From positions 14,381 to 78,380 of the IMG/VR virus record IMGVR_UViG_3300031456_000002: a stretch of 64,000 bases of DNA. One strand, given 5' to 3'. The notes under the pieces are model-generated. The model ran no database searches. It had not been told where the DNA came from and saw only the letters and a list, made by a program, of their open reading frames with translations. A program made the position numbers and the translations under genes. Source of the stretch: a virus. This document shows, piece by piece, positions 38,339-50,500 of the stretch (positions are counted from its first letter, which is position 1; every line of letters starts with the position of its first letter).

Positions 38339-39882
38339 TGGCAAAAGGATACTCACAGCCATACGGCGATGCCTTTATAGTGGAGACACCAACACTTGAT
38401 GCATTAAGTAAGCAATTATATGCCGAACAGAAGCAAAGGCAAATGATCCAATATCAGGAGAATAAGGCATTAGATGAAGGTATGCGGAAGGAATTTGCCA
38501 ATGTTCGGTCGGTTGATACCCCAGAAGTGGTAAACGCCTATAATCAATACAAGACGATAAAGAAACAATTGTACTTCGATAAGAAACTACAAAAAGACCC
38601 AATTGCATTTAATAAACGCCAGCAAGAGGCGAATGCTGCATTACAGAAAACGTATGAGATAATAAATGGCAGTAGCGAGATAAAGGAATTGGGGAAAACT
38701 CTTTTGCAAGAGAGGTTTAAAAACCCAGACGATATGACTGAAGATTCTGGCCAAAGAATAGGTACATTAATGAATACCCCATATAGTCAGGTAAAAAGTC
38801 ATCCTCAATATGGAGATTTGACCAATATGGATTCTTATAAAGATCAAGGACCAAATTATGATTTCGGGGAGGCGCTTCATAAGGCAGCAGGAACACCAAA
38901 AGAAATATTGGGCAAATCAATACCAATAGATAAAGGGCTTCAAACTCAAACATCCGTCTATCAATTTGGAAATACGCCGGCCCAAGTGTATGATTATTTA
39001 TTGAACACCACGGCAGTAAATAAAGCAGGACGCAGTGCAGCCAAGCTATGGAATAAATTGCCGGTATCGCAAATCCAGTCTACAATTGAAAAATACAAGC
39101 AAATCCCACAAGAAAAATGGGAGCGCATGGGAATAGACAAACCACAAGATTTAGGCAATTTCTCAGATAACAAAGCTGATAATTATGCGAAATATCTAGC
39201 AATGAATTATGCCATTAATTCAGAACCAAAAGAAGGGAAGCCGATTATAAAGGACAACAAATCGGCAGTAATGGCGGCTCAGGAAGCTAAAGACAGGAGA
39301 ATGGCAGCCCTTAATCATAGGTATAGTGAATCTGATATAAGACTGAGAGATGCATTGAAAAATAAAGGTGAAGATGAGCAGAATGATATTATTGATGAAA
39401 AGTATGCCGAAGTAAAACAAGATGCACTAAAAAATCCATTACAATATAAGCCAGCAAAGGGTAGCTCCTATAGCCAATATAGCATTAAGGTAACACAGCC
39501 CATGAGAAATATGTTTGGGGTTCAAGATTCAAATGGAAAATGGATTTATCCCGATGATGTAAGATATTCCACGGACTTAAAATATGTGGTGCCAGTATTC
39601 TACCAACACTATGTTGAAACAGATAAAAATGGGAAAGCCACAAACAAAAGATTGCCCCAGCCAATATTAGATGCAAAAGGGAATGCGGAAGTTGATCCTA
39701 CTTTAAGCAAACCAATACTAGAAAGTGAATTTAAAGAGCGATGGAAAAAGGAATTACTTGGTGTTCAGGGATATAATAAATCATTAAAAGGAAAGAAAGC
39801 GCCAGGATCATCCAAGCCAAAGCAGGTAATTCAAAATGGGCATACATATACACTCAATGAAGCAACAGGCCAATACGAATGA
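38338..39882 (+). CDS. internal virion/ejection protein
   Basis: Position; helical composition. Confidence 0.6.
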   Translation: MAKGYSQPYGDAFIVETPTLDALSKQLYAEQKQRQMIQYQENKALDEGMRKEFANVRSVDTPEVVNAYNQYKTIKKQLYFDKKLQKDPIAFNKRQQEANAALQKTYEIINGSSEIKELGKTLLQERFKNPDDMTEDSGQRIGTLMNTPYSQVKSHPQYGDLTNMDSYKDQGPNYDFGEALHKAAGTPKEILGKSIPIDKGLQTQTSVYQFGNTPAQVYDYLLNTTAVNKAGRSAAKLWNKLPVSQIQSTIEKYKQIPQEKWERMGIDKPQDLGNFSDNKADNYAKYLAMNYAINSEPKEGKPIIKDNKSAVMAAQEAKDRRMAALNHRYSESDIRLRDALKNKGEDEQNDIIDEKYAEVKQDALKNPLQYKPAKGSSYSQYSIKVTQPMRNMFGVQDSNGKWIYPDDVRYSTDLKYVVPVFYQHYVETDKNGKATNKRLPQPILDAKGNAEVDPTLSKPILESEFKERWKKELLGVQGYNKSLKGKKAPGSSKPKQVIQNGHTYTLNEATGQYE

Positions 39883-42800
39883 GTACTAAAACATTCCCAT
39901 CAACAGGCTCAAAGCCTAAATTTGATCCCAATGTTTCATATGAAGCAGTTGAGCAAGAGCCTGTGCCCAAAGGAAAGAAACCGGCTTTTAATCCCAATGC
40001 TAAATTCGAAGCAGTTACTATGGAAGTGCCGCCTGAACAACCGAAGTCAGCGCCACAACAGCCAGCATTTAAGCCAATGACCGATTGGTTAAATATCCCA
40101 CAACAAGAGCATCAGCCAATGGCAGTAGAGAATGCTGTTCCTATCGATGACCATACCATAAAGACTAGTCAAGCAAGTCAAAGAGTGCAAAATCACTTAG
40201 GCGATATTGATAATAGCATTCACAACCTGATTTACGATAAGAAAAAAGACGTAAAAGGAAGATTAGTTAGTCAGCAACTGGGATTAAATCCGTCTGAATC
40301 AGGGCCAATTAATCCACAGGCGCAGCAGTTGGAAAGCAAATTAAGGCAAGATATTCCAGTAGCGCCACAAGAGGTAGAAGAATTTAAAGTTGGCATGAAT
40401 GAAAATCCTGTTATGCTTCGCCAGGGATTAGCACAAAAAGCCAAGGATTTGACTAAGGTGAATCCGACAGAGGCGAGTAAGTTAAAGGGGGATATTTACA
40501 GATTAGACCGGCAAGCAAATCCAGAAAAAGAACAAAATATTTCTCAAAACATAGATAAAATTAACAGCGGCGAATATGACTATGACATAGTGAATGGTCG
40601 GTTAATTAAACCATTGGGATTTTTTGGAAGTGTGGCAAATGCTTTTAAAGAAAAGGGGAAAGCATATGATGACTATGATGTTTATCAGTCCGGAGATGAG
40701 AAAAAAATAATGGACAGGATCAGGCAGCGATTAAATGATGATCCAGACAAAGCCACTCCTATTCCTATCGGTGAATTGGGAGAGGCTGGGGCGATGCTAG
40801 GCGGCCAGCCATTAAAGCCATTGATAGGGGGCGCTATTGCGGGAGTATTTACCGAGGGGTTGGGAGCGCCAGCAGCGGCAGCGGCTATATCTGCCCCTGA
40901 AATGTATAAATTAACATTCGGAAGTGCATTGCCGGGTAATTATGCGGCACTCAAAAAGCAAAACCCAGAATTGCCAGATAGTGAAGTTCTACAAAAGGCT
41001 ATTGATTTAACTGACAAGCAAGCAAATACGGATGCATTAAGCGGGGCTGCTATGGGCGCAATAGGCGCTAAGGCTGCATTAAAGCCGGCAGCATCTGCAT
41101 TATTGCAGAAGTCGGTGAAAAGCGCATTGAAGCAAATAGGGGAAACGGTAGCGATTGAGGGAATTGGTGGCGGTGCAATTGGAGCCGGAGGTCAATTAGT
41201 CAAAAACTTGATGGCACAAAAAGCCGGGATTCCAGTTGACGAAAGCGAAGGGATGGCGCAGCAATTGGTGGGTGGGGCTTTTATGACACTGGGGGTAGCG
41301 GTTGCCGGTAGGATGGGGGCTTTATTGAAACCATCCACGTATAATAAGCTGCTTCATGGATTATCAAAACTTCCAGAAGAAGCAATTTCAAGCGAATTAG
41401 CAAAGGCGCAGGAGGTGGGCGCATTAACACCAGAGCAAGCACAAAAAGTACAGAACGATATATCTGAACAGAAAAAGATCGATGCCTCTATTCGTGGCGA
41501 TGTGCCTGAATCAGATAGGGTAAAAATAGCAGAAAAGATAAAGGAGACGGCAGCCTTGGATAAGGAATTGGAAACAGCCCATAAGGCATATCATCCTGAA
41601 ATAAAAGAACAAATAAAAAAGCTGGATGAAGATATTGTAAATACATCTAAGGGATCAGAACGTGGTGAATTACAGAAGTTGGTAGATAGAGAGCACAAGT
41701 CAGGCAAGATCGAAGGCTTTGTAACGGAAGCATTAAGGGATGCAACCGAAAAAGAGCTTCAAGGTTATTTTAAAGAGATATCAGAACAGGCGCATGATCC
41801 TAATTCAGAAGCTATAACTATCGCAACGTTTGGAGAAGATATAGTAAATAAGGCAAAAGAGCTATATCCGCAAGAAGTTCCAAAAGAATCAAAAATATCA
41901 GTAATTCAACCTGGAGAAATAAAACATCCTGAAACTATAACTATAAAACCACAAGAGAATGAGTCCCTTCGCGAGCGAATCCCAGAGGCGGCTGCTATGG
42001 ATGAAACATCCGGAAGTAGCCCGGAAATGGGCCAACGAGTACCCGAACCAGGGGAAGCTACCAATGCACAAGAAGGACAGCGACCACCCCAAGAAGAAAG
42101 TGCGCCTGGTGGTCAAGAAGGGATAGGAGGCGGTAAAGGTGGCCCTCCTGCTGGGAAAGTAGTAAATATGGCAGATTATGGAGAGGGAGGAAAGGAGCTA
42201 GATAAACTTGCCAATAATATTCCAGATAGCGGGAAGGTGGCAGAATACATGAGTAAGGAAACAATTGAAAAATATACGGGAGAAACACCCGCTAATGATC
42301 AATCAAGAGGGGTTCAGGAATTAGAAATAGCCCTTAATCATGGAGAAAAAATTATCGAAAAAGCAAAACAGATTTTTGGGAAAGATTATGCCGAAAAGAC
42401 TATCGAATACATAGATAATAGCACAGCCGGAGTTTCCAATAAAGCTCTTATGTATGTGAGTTTGGAAAACGCATTAGGTAGAGAGAAATTAGAGAACCCG
42501 ACGAGGGCCGCAGAAATCACTAAGCAACAAGCATTGGTATATGCAAAATCGCAAGCATTTGCTAGGGAAAATTCACTTGCATTAAATTATCAAAAGCTAA
42601 GAAGGATTGCCAAAGTAGGGTATGATATTGACAAGGTTACTGAAAGCTTCTTTTCTCCTGAAGAAAGAGAGGGGCGAAAAAATATAAGTAAAGCAATAGA
42701 GGCTGACCCGGATATGATTAATAAGCAAGCAGAAGCAGTTGAAACTGGCAAAATTGCGCCTGATGTAGAAAAAGCCATTAAGGAAGGAGTTGCAAAAGAG

Positions 42801-45695
42801 ATAGAAAATATATATAACAAACTGCCAAAAGAAAAGAAAACGATAGCAGATAAGGCTATTGCCGCGCTTGATAAAATTCACGATAAATTAAGAGGGAAAA
42901 CGTATGAGTCAACATTAGGGATTCCAATAGCCATCATTGATGGCGGCGTTCTTACTATCAGAAATGCTATTAAAGCGGGAGTTAAGATTGCGGATGCGGT
43001 CGAAATGGGGATTGCTAAAATAAAAGAAAAATACAAAGATTGGGCTAAAGAAGATGAATTTAGAAAAGATGTAATTAGTGGACTAAGAGAGCAGGGAATT
43101 GAAGATACCCCTATAGCTAAAACGAGACAAGAAAGATTAGCCGAGGCAGAGGGGAGTTTACAAAAAAGGATAGATGCTATTCGAGAAGAAATAATAACAG
43201 GAGAGAGAGAGGCTAAGAATAAAAGGGATAAACTACAAAGCAAGAAACTAGATCAGCTTAAGGAGCAGAAAAAAACACTAGAAGCATTCAGAGATAAATA
43301 CCTGCCAAAGGGCGATGATCCTTATACAAATGAAAAAACGGCTAAAACAATCGAAACAAAACTTATAAATGAAAATATCGAGTTAAACAGACAGATAGCA
43401 AAAGGCGAAAAGGACAGAGTAGAAAACAAGGTTACCATAGAAAGCGAATCGATTGATAAATTAAAAGCAGAGCGAGATGTAAGGAAAGAAATCCTAGAAG
43501 TGCTTGATCCTACCCCTAAAGACTATGTGAAAAACGCATTAATTCAACAAGGGCTTGGTAGAGAGAAAGTTATAAAGGGGGAAAAGAAACAAATACTAGA
43601 TTGGAAAAAATTGGCAGGGGCTGCCGGAACTGTTTCTAAGATAAGCGAAAATGTCGGTAAGGTATTAGAAAGTGATGGTTTTAGTGAATCACAATTAGAG
43701 AGGATAAAAGATTCATTTATCCAAGAGTATGTGGACTTACGGGCTTCTGTTATCGAAAAAGCTCAAAATGAATTGGCTAAGAGAAATAAAGAAACAGTTA
43801 CGCAAGAGCAAAAATCGGCTGCTAAAAAGTTAGCGGAACTATATACTTATGGGCTGTTCGATTCTCAGCCAGATGTATTTGAAAATATTCTTAATAAGGC
43901 ACTTGGTTCCAAAGTAAGCGAAAAGGGGTTCAATGAAGCGAGAGAAATAGCAAAAGGGATGGAAACATTATATTCCAGTTCGTTTCAGGGAGTTAAACTA
44001 AATGATATATCTGCGAAAGCTGCGATTGAACAACTGGAAAACAAGATGCGGCTCTTATTGGTTAGAGAAACGAAGGGACAGGGTAATTATAATTTCAGGG
44101 CAGCAAATATAGTTAGGAACTATTTTGATTTACAGCAAACTATGGTTCTTAATAACTTGAAACAAGCGGTGGAAAATCCATTATCTGGATTTCAGCAGGA
44201 ATTAATTGAAAAAATAGGAGGAATGATTGGTAAAGAAAGGATAGGGACTCCGGAAATGGGAGCACAGCGGAGGGCATTAATGAAGGATATTTATAAAGAC
44301 ATGGTATTAAATGGTTCCATAGGATACGGAAAGACGGAGACGGCATTCGTAAATAGAACGCATGTTGATGATCATATTAATAAATTATCAGACGGCAAAT
44401 TGTATCATGGTGTTATGTCTGTTTTAAGTGGCAAAGCAACACTGAATGCTGCCGATGCTATGTATAAGGCATCAATTACTGAAAAGAAATTTGCAACAAA
44501 TCTGATAAAAATACTAACGAATGAAACTAATCCTAACCGGATGAGTCCGGGGGACGCAATTAATTTTGTGTCCGAAAAATTGACAGGCCAAACATTAAAA
44601 GATGCTAAAGTATCCGCACGCGAAATAATAGAAAAAATAAATAAAGACGCAGGAAGGGAATTGATACCTACAACGCCAGAGTCAATAAATCGTTTCGCAA
44701 ATGATATTGTGAAATCGGCATTGGAAATGGGGAATCAAATAACGACAGAACAAATTACTGCCGCATACAATGCGGCATACAAGGCGGCTGGATTGGGACT
44801 AGGACATGAGGCTAACAATATTCTTTCTTCTACGGTTTCTGGATATACCGCTAAGCTGGAATCAAGAATTAATGATGCCATTAAGGATAAAGAATGGAAT
44901 AGAGCGGCTGTGCTTACGGCTCAGTCAATCTTATTCAGGAATGTATTAAATCCGTTCGTTGGAGGGGGTACTAATTGGCTAGTGCTGAAGTTCGAAAAAA
45001 CTGGGCTGGGATTAGTAACTGGGTTGGGGTATAAAATTGGCTCAAATACTAAGATTGATTTAAGCACAGAGGTGGGCATGAAAACGCTTGAAAAAAGATT
45101 ATACAACCAGGCAAGAGTAAAGGATAATTACATGAGAGGTCTGGTGGGGGGCGCTGCTTCAGCTTTAACTTATTTGGCTTTTACTGGGCTGGCTAATACC
45201 GACGAATATCGCAAATGGAGAGGTAGAAACGCTTGGGCTGCAAGATATTTAGACATAATCACCCCGGAAATGTTGCTTATTCAAATGGCGGTAGAAAACA
45301 AAGCAGTTAAGAAGTACATAAGTGGCACTTTAAATAGAAATGAATCTTTTGATGCTACCGCAAAATTAATCAAGGCAGGCGAGTATGCGGTAAAAGGAGA
45401 TAATGATATGGCCATGGGCGCAATAGGCGAAGCGCTGGGGGCTAAGTTGAATATCCCATTGCCTTGGCGATTAGTGAAGGACGGTCAAGTTATTTATCAG
45501 GGGATCAAAGGGCAAGACCCATATCATGGGAATTATGCGCCATCGATTGGATTTTTAAACGGAGTGTTTCAGGGCGGCGCTATCGAATGGGTAGGACTTC
45601 GCCCCGAGGCTAATGAATCTAATGGCGCATCTGGATCAAGTGGCAAACCAGGAAAGCCCGGTAAACCATCAAAACCAGGAAAGCCGACTAAATAA
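39879..45695 (+). CDS. large internal virion/ejection protein
   Basis: 1938 aa; KP.F(D/N)PN..(Y/F)EAV N-terminal repeats; Gly/Ala-rich hydrophobic segments; (GKP)n tail. Confidence 0.7.
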   Translation: MSTKTFPSTGSKPKFDPNVSYEAVEQEPVPKGKKPAFNPNAKFEAVTMEVPPEQPKSAPQQPAFKPMTDWLNIPQQEHQPMAVENAVPIDDHTIKTSQASQRVQNHLGDIDNSIHNLIYDKKKDVKGRLVSQQLGLNPSESGPINPQAQQLESKLRQDIPVAPQEVEEFKVGMNENPVMLRQGLAQKAKDLTKVNPTEASKLKGDIYRLDRQANPEKEQNISQNIDKINSGEYDYDIVNGRLIKPLGFFGSVANAFKEKGKAYDDYDVYQSGDEKKIMDRIRQRLNDDPDKATPIPIGELGEAGAMLGGQPLKPLIGGAIAGVFTEGLGAPAAAAAISAPEMYKLTFGSALPGNYAALKKQNPELPDSEVLQKAIDLTDKQANTDALSGAAMGAIGAKAALKPAASALLQKSVKSALKQIGETVAIEGIGGGAIGAGGQLVKNLMAQKAGIPVDESEGMAQQLVGGAFMTLGVAVAGRMGALLKPSTYNKLLHGLSKLPEEAISSELAKAQEVGALTPEQAQKVQNDISEQKKIDASIRGDVPESDRVKIAEKIKETAALDKELETAHKAYHPEIKEQIKKLDEDIVNTSKGSERGELQKLVDREHKSGKIEGFVTEALRDATEKELQGYFKEISEQAHDPNSEAITIATFGEDIVNKAKELYPQEVPKESKISVIQPGEIKHPETITIKPQENESLRERIPEAAAMDETSGSSPEMGQRVPEPGEATNAQEGQRPPQEESAPGGQEGIGGGKGGPPAGKVVNMADYGEGGKELDKLANNIPDSGKVAEYMSKETIEKYTGETPANDQSRGVQELEIALNHGEKIIEKAKQIFGKDYAEKTIEYIDNSTAGVSNKALMYVSLENALGREKLENPTRAAEITKQQALVYAKSQAFARENSLALNYQKLRRIAKVGYDIDKVTESFFSPEEREGRKNISKAIEADPDMINKQAEAVETGKIAPDVEKAIKEGVAKEIENIYNKLPKEKKTIADKAIAALDKIHDKLRGKTYESTLGIPIAIIDGGVLTIRNAIKAGVKIADAVEMGIAKIKEKYKDWAKEDEFRKDVISGLREQGIEDTPIAKTRQERLAEAEGSLQKRIDAIREEIITGEREAKNKRDKLQSKKLDQLKEQKKTLEAFRDKYLPKGDDPYTNEKTAKTIETKLINENIELNRQIAKGEKDRVENKVTIESESIDKLKAERDVRKEILEVLDPTPKDYVKNALIQQGLGREKVIKGEKKQILDWKKLAGAAGTVSKISENVGKVLESDGFSESQLERIKDSFIQEYVDLRASVIEKAQNELAKRNKETVTQEQKSAAKKLAELYTYGLFDSQPDVFENILNKALGSKVSEKGFNEAREIAKGMETLYSSSFQGVKLNDISAKAAIEQLENKMRLLLVRETKGQGNYNFRAANIVRNYFDLQQTMVLNNLKQAVENPLSGFQQELIEKIGGMIGKERIGTPEMGAQRRALMKDIYKDMVLNGSIGYGKTETAFVNRTHVDDHINKLSDGKLYHGVMSVLSGKATLNAADAMYKASITEKKFATNLIKILTNETNPNRMSPGDAINFVSEKLTGQTLKDAKVSAREIIEKINKDAGRELIPTTPESINRFANDIVKSALEMGNQITTEQITAAYNAAYKAAGLGLGHEANNILSSTVSGYTAKLESRINDAIKDKEWNRAAVLTAQSILFRNVLNPFVGGGTNWLVLKFEKTGLGLVTGLGYKIGSNTKIDLSTEVGMKTLEKRLYNQARVKDNYMRGLVGGAASALTYLAFTGLANTDEYRKWRGRNAWAARYLDIITPEMLLIQMAVENKAVKKYISGTLNRNESFDATAKLIKAGEYAVKGDNDMAMGAIGEALGAKLNIPLPWRLVKDGQVIYQGIKGQDPYHGNYAPSIGFLNGVFQGGAIEWVGLRPEANESNGASGSSGKPGKPGKPSKPGKPTK

Positions 45696-45715
45696 CACAT
45701 CTAAAATATTGAATA

Positions 45716-46429
45716 ATGGCTAAGGTAATTTTAAAGGTTAATAATAATAAGGGAAGTGGTGATCCCGATCCCCTTCCATTATACAAGCCCAAAGACACTA
45801 CACTTATTCAATTAAGTGATAAAAGAAAAATAAATCCTGCCACCGGTACGCCGTATAAAACACCTGGTTCCAAGGGGATTAAGGCTAATGAAGAAGACGT
45901 TAAGGCGATAATATCGCATGCCAAGGCGAAGGGAGTTGATCCCAAGGCGGCATTGGCGATAGCGTTGCAAGAAACGAATATGGGACAGCTTGATCCTAAT
46001 TATGGTTCGGCATGGTCAACTTTTGAAGATGAAGGACTCCCGGATGACCGAAATAAATATGCTAATGTATTAGCTAAAGCAATAAAAGAAAAAATGGCAT
46101 ATGCTGGCGAACTTAGGGGAAAGGGCATTTTACCACAAGGGGAAGAATATGATTTGCAAACATATAATGGACTAGGGAAGCTAAGCCCTACTTTAAGAGT
46201 TGGAGGGAAATTGCAAGATGCTAGTTATTACGGGATTCCGGTTACGGCTAACAGTCCTTTAGACTTAAAAAAGAATCCAGCTTATGGGAAAATCGTACGG
46301 CAATTAAGGGATGAAGTTATTGGAAATAATCCCCAGATATTGAAATTAATAGAAAGCACACCAGCCTATGGGCAGACGGCAGCCGCACCGAATCCAGCCC
46401 AAAAGGTGATGCTTTCAGTCCGAAAATAA
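45716..46429 (+). CDS. lytic transglycosylase/lysozyme-like virion protein
   Basis: GVDP..ALAIALQET and YNG motifs. Confidence 0.65.
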   Translation: MAKVILKVNNNKGSGDPDPLPLYKPKDTTLIQLSDKRKINPATGTPYKTPGSKGIKANEEDVKAIISHAKAKGVDPKAALAIALQETNMGQLDPNYGSAWSTFEDEGLPDDRNKYANVLAKAIKEKMAYAGELRGKGILPQGEEYDLQTYNGLGKLSPTLRVGGKLQDASYYGIPVTANSPLDLKKNPAYGKIVRQLRDEVIGNNPQILKLIESTPAYGQTAAAPNPAQKVMLSVRK

Positions 46430-46464
46430 ACAGTAATTTTAGTTAATATTATAATGTATAATCT

Positions 46465-46974
46465 ATGGCATTCAACGGGAATTTTACTGTGGCGAGCTTG
46501 ATAGTTCCAGGAAGCTTCACTATTACGGATTCGTCAACTGGGTCCGATATAAATTTAACCGGGAGGACTATAAGTTTATTCCAGGCATCAGGCGTATTGT
46601 TGGGAGGGGCCACTATTGATTTTCCGTTATCAAGCGGCTCATCAATAACACTGAATGTATTAAACGTTGATCTCTGTTTATTGATACTTATAACGTGGCA
46701 ATCATCTGCACCATTATCGCCGCCATCAACTTATAGTGCATCAGGATTATTCAACTTTGTAGGCAATTCAAGAGCTTTTGAAGATCAACAAATAGGGGCC
46801 ATTCAATCAAATCCGGGAATACTTCAAGATACTAATTTCTACAATTCATTAGGAATTTTACAGACGGATATAGACTGTAGTATTCAAGCAGCAAGTATGG
46901 GCCAGCAATCAAGTGCCCAAGCTGCCCTTTCGCGTATTCAATCTATGATTGTTAATCAAAGCAAGTTATTCTAA
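46465..46974 (+). CDS. virion structural protein
   Basis: FTITDSSTG beta-rich start; first gene of fibre operon. Confidence 0.6.
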   Translation: MAFNGNFTVASLIVPGSFTITDSSTGSDINLTGRTISLFQASGVLLGGATIDFPLSSGSSITLNVLNVDLCLLILITWQSSAPLSPPSTYSASGLFNFVGNSRAFEDQQIGAIQSNPGILQDTNFYNSLGILQTDIDCSIQAASMGQQSSAQAALSRIQSMIVNQSKLF

Positions 46975-47576
46975 TGGCGTATACAGTAACCGAAATATTG
47001 CAGATAGCCAACATATGCGAATTTTTGGCGGCTGATAATCAATCGCAGGGATATTTGTTTCGTGGGAATTATGAACGAACCGGACTTTCAAGATTGATCT
47101 ATCTAGTAAAAAGTAGCGTGAATTGGCTGAATAGTTATAATCCTTCCAATAGTACTTTATTAGGGAAGGCCAATTATCTTTTTTCATTATGTCAGCCATT
47201 TGTGGGGCAAGCATTACAGATAATAGGAAGTGGAGGAAACGGGACAATCGCTAATCCGGCAACGGGTGTTATTTCAACGATAGAAGTGGTGTATCTGGAA
47301 TTTATCGTAGGGGTTACGTCTTCCCCACAGACTGTCAACGGCGAAAGTGTAACGTTGCCCGTTGATGGGGAGTCTCAGATCATTTTACCTATTCCGGACA
47401 TTTTGAATAAATCCATAAGTGTCACTAAGGATAATGTTCCGCTACCCATTGCATTTAATGATAGGGAATCATTTACACCTATTTATACAACCCCCAGCGT
47501 TACAATAAGCGTCAATGTGCCATTCCAGGACGGTGATCTTTTTGTAATTCAGGGTCTTCAATATGTAACCGCATGA
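46974..47576 (+). CDS. virion structural protein (possible fibre anchor)
   Basis: Helical N-terminus plus Ig-like C-terminus; no signal peptide. Confidence 0.6.
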   Translation: MAYTVTEILQIANICEFLAADNQSQGYLFRGNYERTGLSRLIYLVKSSVNWLNSYNPSNSTLLGKANYLFSLCQPFVGQALQIIGSGGNGTIANPATGVISTIEVVYLEFIVGVTSSPQTVNGESVTLPVDGESQIILPIPDILNKSISVTKDNVPLPIAFNDRESFTPIYTTPSVTISVNVPFQDGDLFVIQGLQYVTA

Positions 47577-50500
47577 GATATGTAATATATATAGTATTGT
47601 TTCTTTGCGTTTGCCAATGTGCTATTGGCCAAAGTAACCCATCTGGATTTCCTACACAAAACTCTACTGGATGGTTTAGACACGGCTGGGATCAATCGGA
47701 TTCGGGAACTGTTTTAGCGCCACGTCTCCCTAATTTCACCCCACGGTTCCCTGGAACCACAATATTATATCAAAATGCAGGGACAGATACTTCAATCCAC
47801 TATTGGACGGGTGGCAGATGGATTAAGATAAGTGCAGCAGGGACAGATACTACATCATTAAGCAATAGAATAAACCTTAAGCTAAATATTTCGGATACCA
47901 TAGGCGCATGGTTAGCACAATCTACCCGGTTAGTGGATACTATGTATCGGGTAAATGATTCTACTGTAGGATATACTATTAAGGGAAGTCCGTATACGTT
48001 TCAAATATTGGGCGGTTTTTCAGGTGGTGGCGGCGGTTCTGGTACTGTAACAAGTGTAGCCCTCTCGATGCCATCTGCATTTACGGTAACTGGATCACCA
48101 ATTACAGGAGCCGGAACTTTTGCCGTAACAGGGGCTGGAACTTCATTACAATATATTCGAGGGAACGGAACATTAGCAACATTTGATACTACTGCTATAC
48201 CTAATTTCTATTTAAAAGTGCGCGGTTTATTAACAGGTACATCACCAATTACATTTAGTCAAACTACAGGAGCAATTGGAATAAATAATGCCACGGCTAC
48301 AGGTACAAAAGGAGCTGCCGCATTTACTGGTTCATTTTCTGACAATGGAAGTGGGTTAATAGATCTCCTTAGTCTCATAACTGCAAGTAGCTGTACTAAT
48401 TGTAATTTAACATTTGACGCAAAAGGAAGAATAACGGCTGCATCAAATGGCTCGGGCGGCAGCGGTTCTTCAGATACTGCATTTAATGGGTTAACTAAAA
48501 TAGCAGATACTATTCAATTAGGTGGTGCATTTACTAAAATAGATACATTAGATGCAGGCTTATTCCATCTTAAAATTACCGGAGCAAGAGTAGGAGGAGG
48601 TGTTTTGGAAGTAAATAATACAGGATCAGATTATGCGGCAACATTTGAAAGTGCAGGGAGTAATACAATCTTAGCAACGGCCTCAACTGGGAATTATGTT
48701 GCAGATTTGTTGATGAACTCATCATCAACAAATGATGTAGAGGCCATCTTGAAGATACGCAGGGAAAGTACATCCACTCCTGTCAATGGAATTGGGGGCG
48801 CAATAGATTATGTAACTGAATCTACGGCAGCAACTACTACATCTAATAGATTAATATCCATTTGGACAGACGCTACTACGGGATCGCGCACATCGCAATT
48901 TGAAATTTGGGGTGTAAATAATGCCACTACTGCAAGGAAATCGGCTATTGCAGGGAATGGTCAATGGACATGGGATGGATACCCTGCATTAACACAACAA
49001 ACAGACACAACGAATATTAAGCCTATTGGGTATAATACTACAACAGGATTAATACAGCCCATGGCTAATTGGATGGGAGGTGGTGGATCAGTTGATACAG
49101 TATTTTCAACTTACGTTGCATATGTAGATACTCTTGGAAGTGATGTAACAGGAGCTATTAATAATCCGGCAAAGCCATTTGCTACTATTAACGGCGCTCT
49201 TATTGCCACTTCATCGTTGTTCATATGTACTGTCTCAATAGGAATGGGAACGTTTAATGCCCCGGATTCAGCTAACATGAGGTCAAATATATGGTTCCGT
49301 GGTAGTGGGATGCCAGCGGCCAATGATACGGTTACTGTAAATGCATACTATAACAATACCATACAAGCCCCAACTAAACTACTTGGAGGAACAATAATAA
49401 GAGGTTCTTTTATTATTCCCTTCAATAGAGAAAACATACATTGTACAGACTTTGGTGTGGATGTAGGCTCCAATTGGGTTACTAATTTTAATTCTGGAAC
49501 CGAAGTGGATGGGTTTTTATGTGCCCAATATTTCAATCCGGCTGGGGGTCAACCATCCGCTGACGGAAAGCATCAACTGCAAATAAATACAAAACCTCGT
49601 AGAGGGATGCTATTCCAAAATATACGTGTTTTATTAGCTTCTCCAACTTCTCCCTTTCATGCGTTCTTGATAGAAAATACCATAAACCCAGAAGCTGACA
49701 ATATTTATACAACTTACGGCTTTGCCGGGGTTGTAATAAAAACAATCGGCGGTATATATACGAATATACACACTCGGTCACATGGTACTTATCATATAAT
49801 ATTAAAATCAAACGACTATTCATTCTGTTATGGGGTACTTGTAAATGGATTTGAATGTAGTACTAGTGGGTTAGGATTTACGATTGACCAAGGCGACCCC
49901 GGATCGCCAGGGATTTATTGGTGTAATGTATCTAACGGGTTCATAAATTTGACTGGTGGAGGAATGAACATCACTGGGGATAATATGAATATTTCAAATA
50001 TAAATTTAGTTCAAGCAGGTAGTGTGTTGTCTACTGGCTTAATACGGTCTAACGTTAATAACATAACGCAGCGCCTAAGCGGAGGGTATGGGTTTGATAT
50101 AAATACCGGAAGCGTGTTGGCAAATGGAGCGACAACTTGGAGTAATTGTACCGCAATAGGCAGCACGCTGGATGGATTTTTTGTTCATGCGGGTTCGGCG
50201 CGAAACGATTTCGAAAGTATAACAAGTGGAGAGAATACAAGCTATGGATTCAACACAAATGGAACCGCGTGGATAGGGAATCATAATTACTATTCCAATA
50301 CCGCAGGGGTTACACTTGGAACTATTCATAATCGTGTTGAGATAACAGGGTTAATAACTAATGGGTCTGGTATTTCGATCAGTGGAGATGGGAGTGAAGC
50401 AAGTCCATATAATATATCTGCTTCTGGTGGCTCACAGACGTGGCAGCAAACATTAACTACGGGAAGTACATTAACTGGGAATAACACTGTGACAGGTGGT

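Noticed and set aside
18269-50329. Many 60-120 aa antisense or off-frame ORFs inside large genes
   Set aside because: Shadow ORFs with no motifs or independent expression signals
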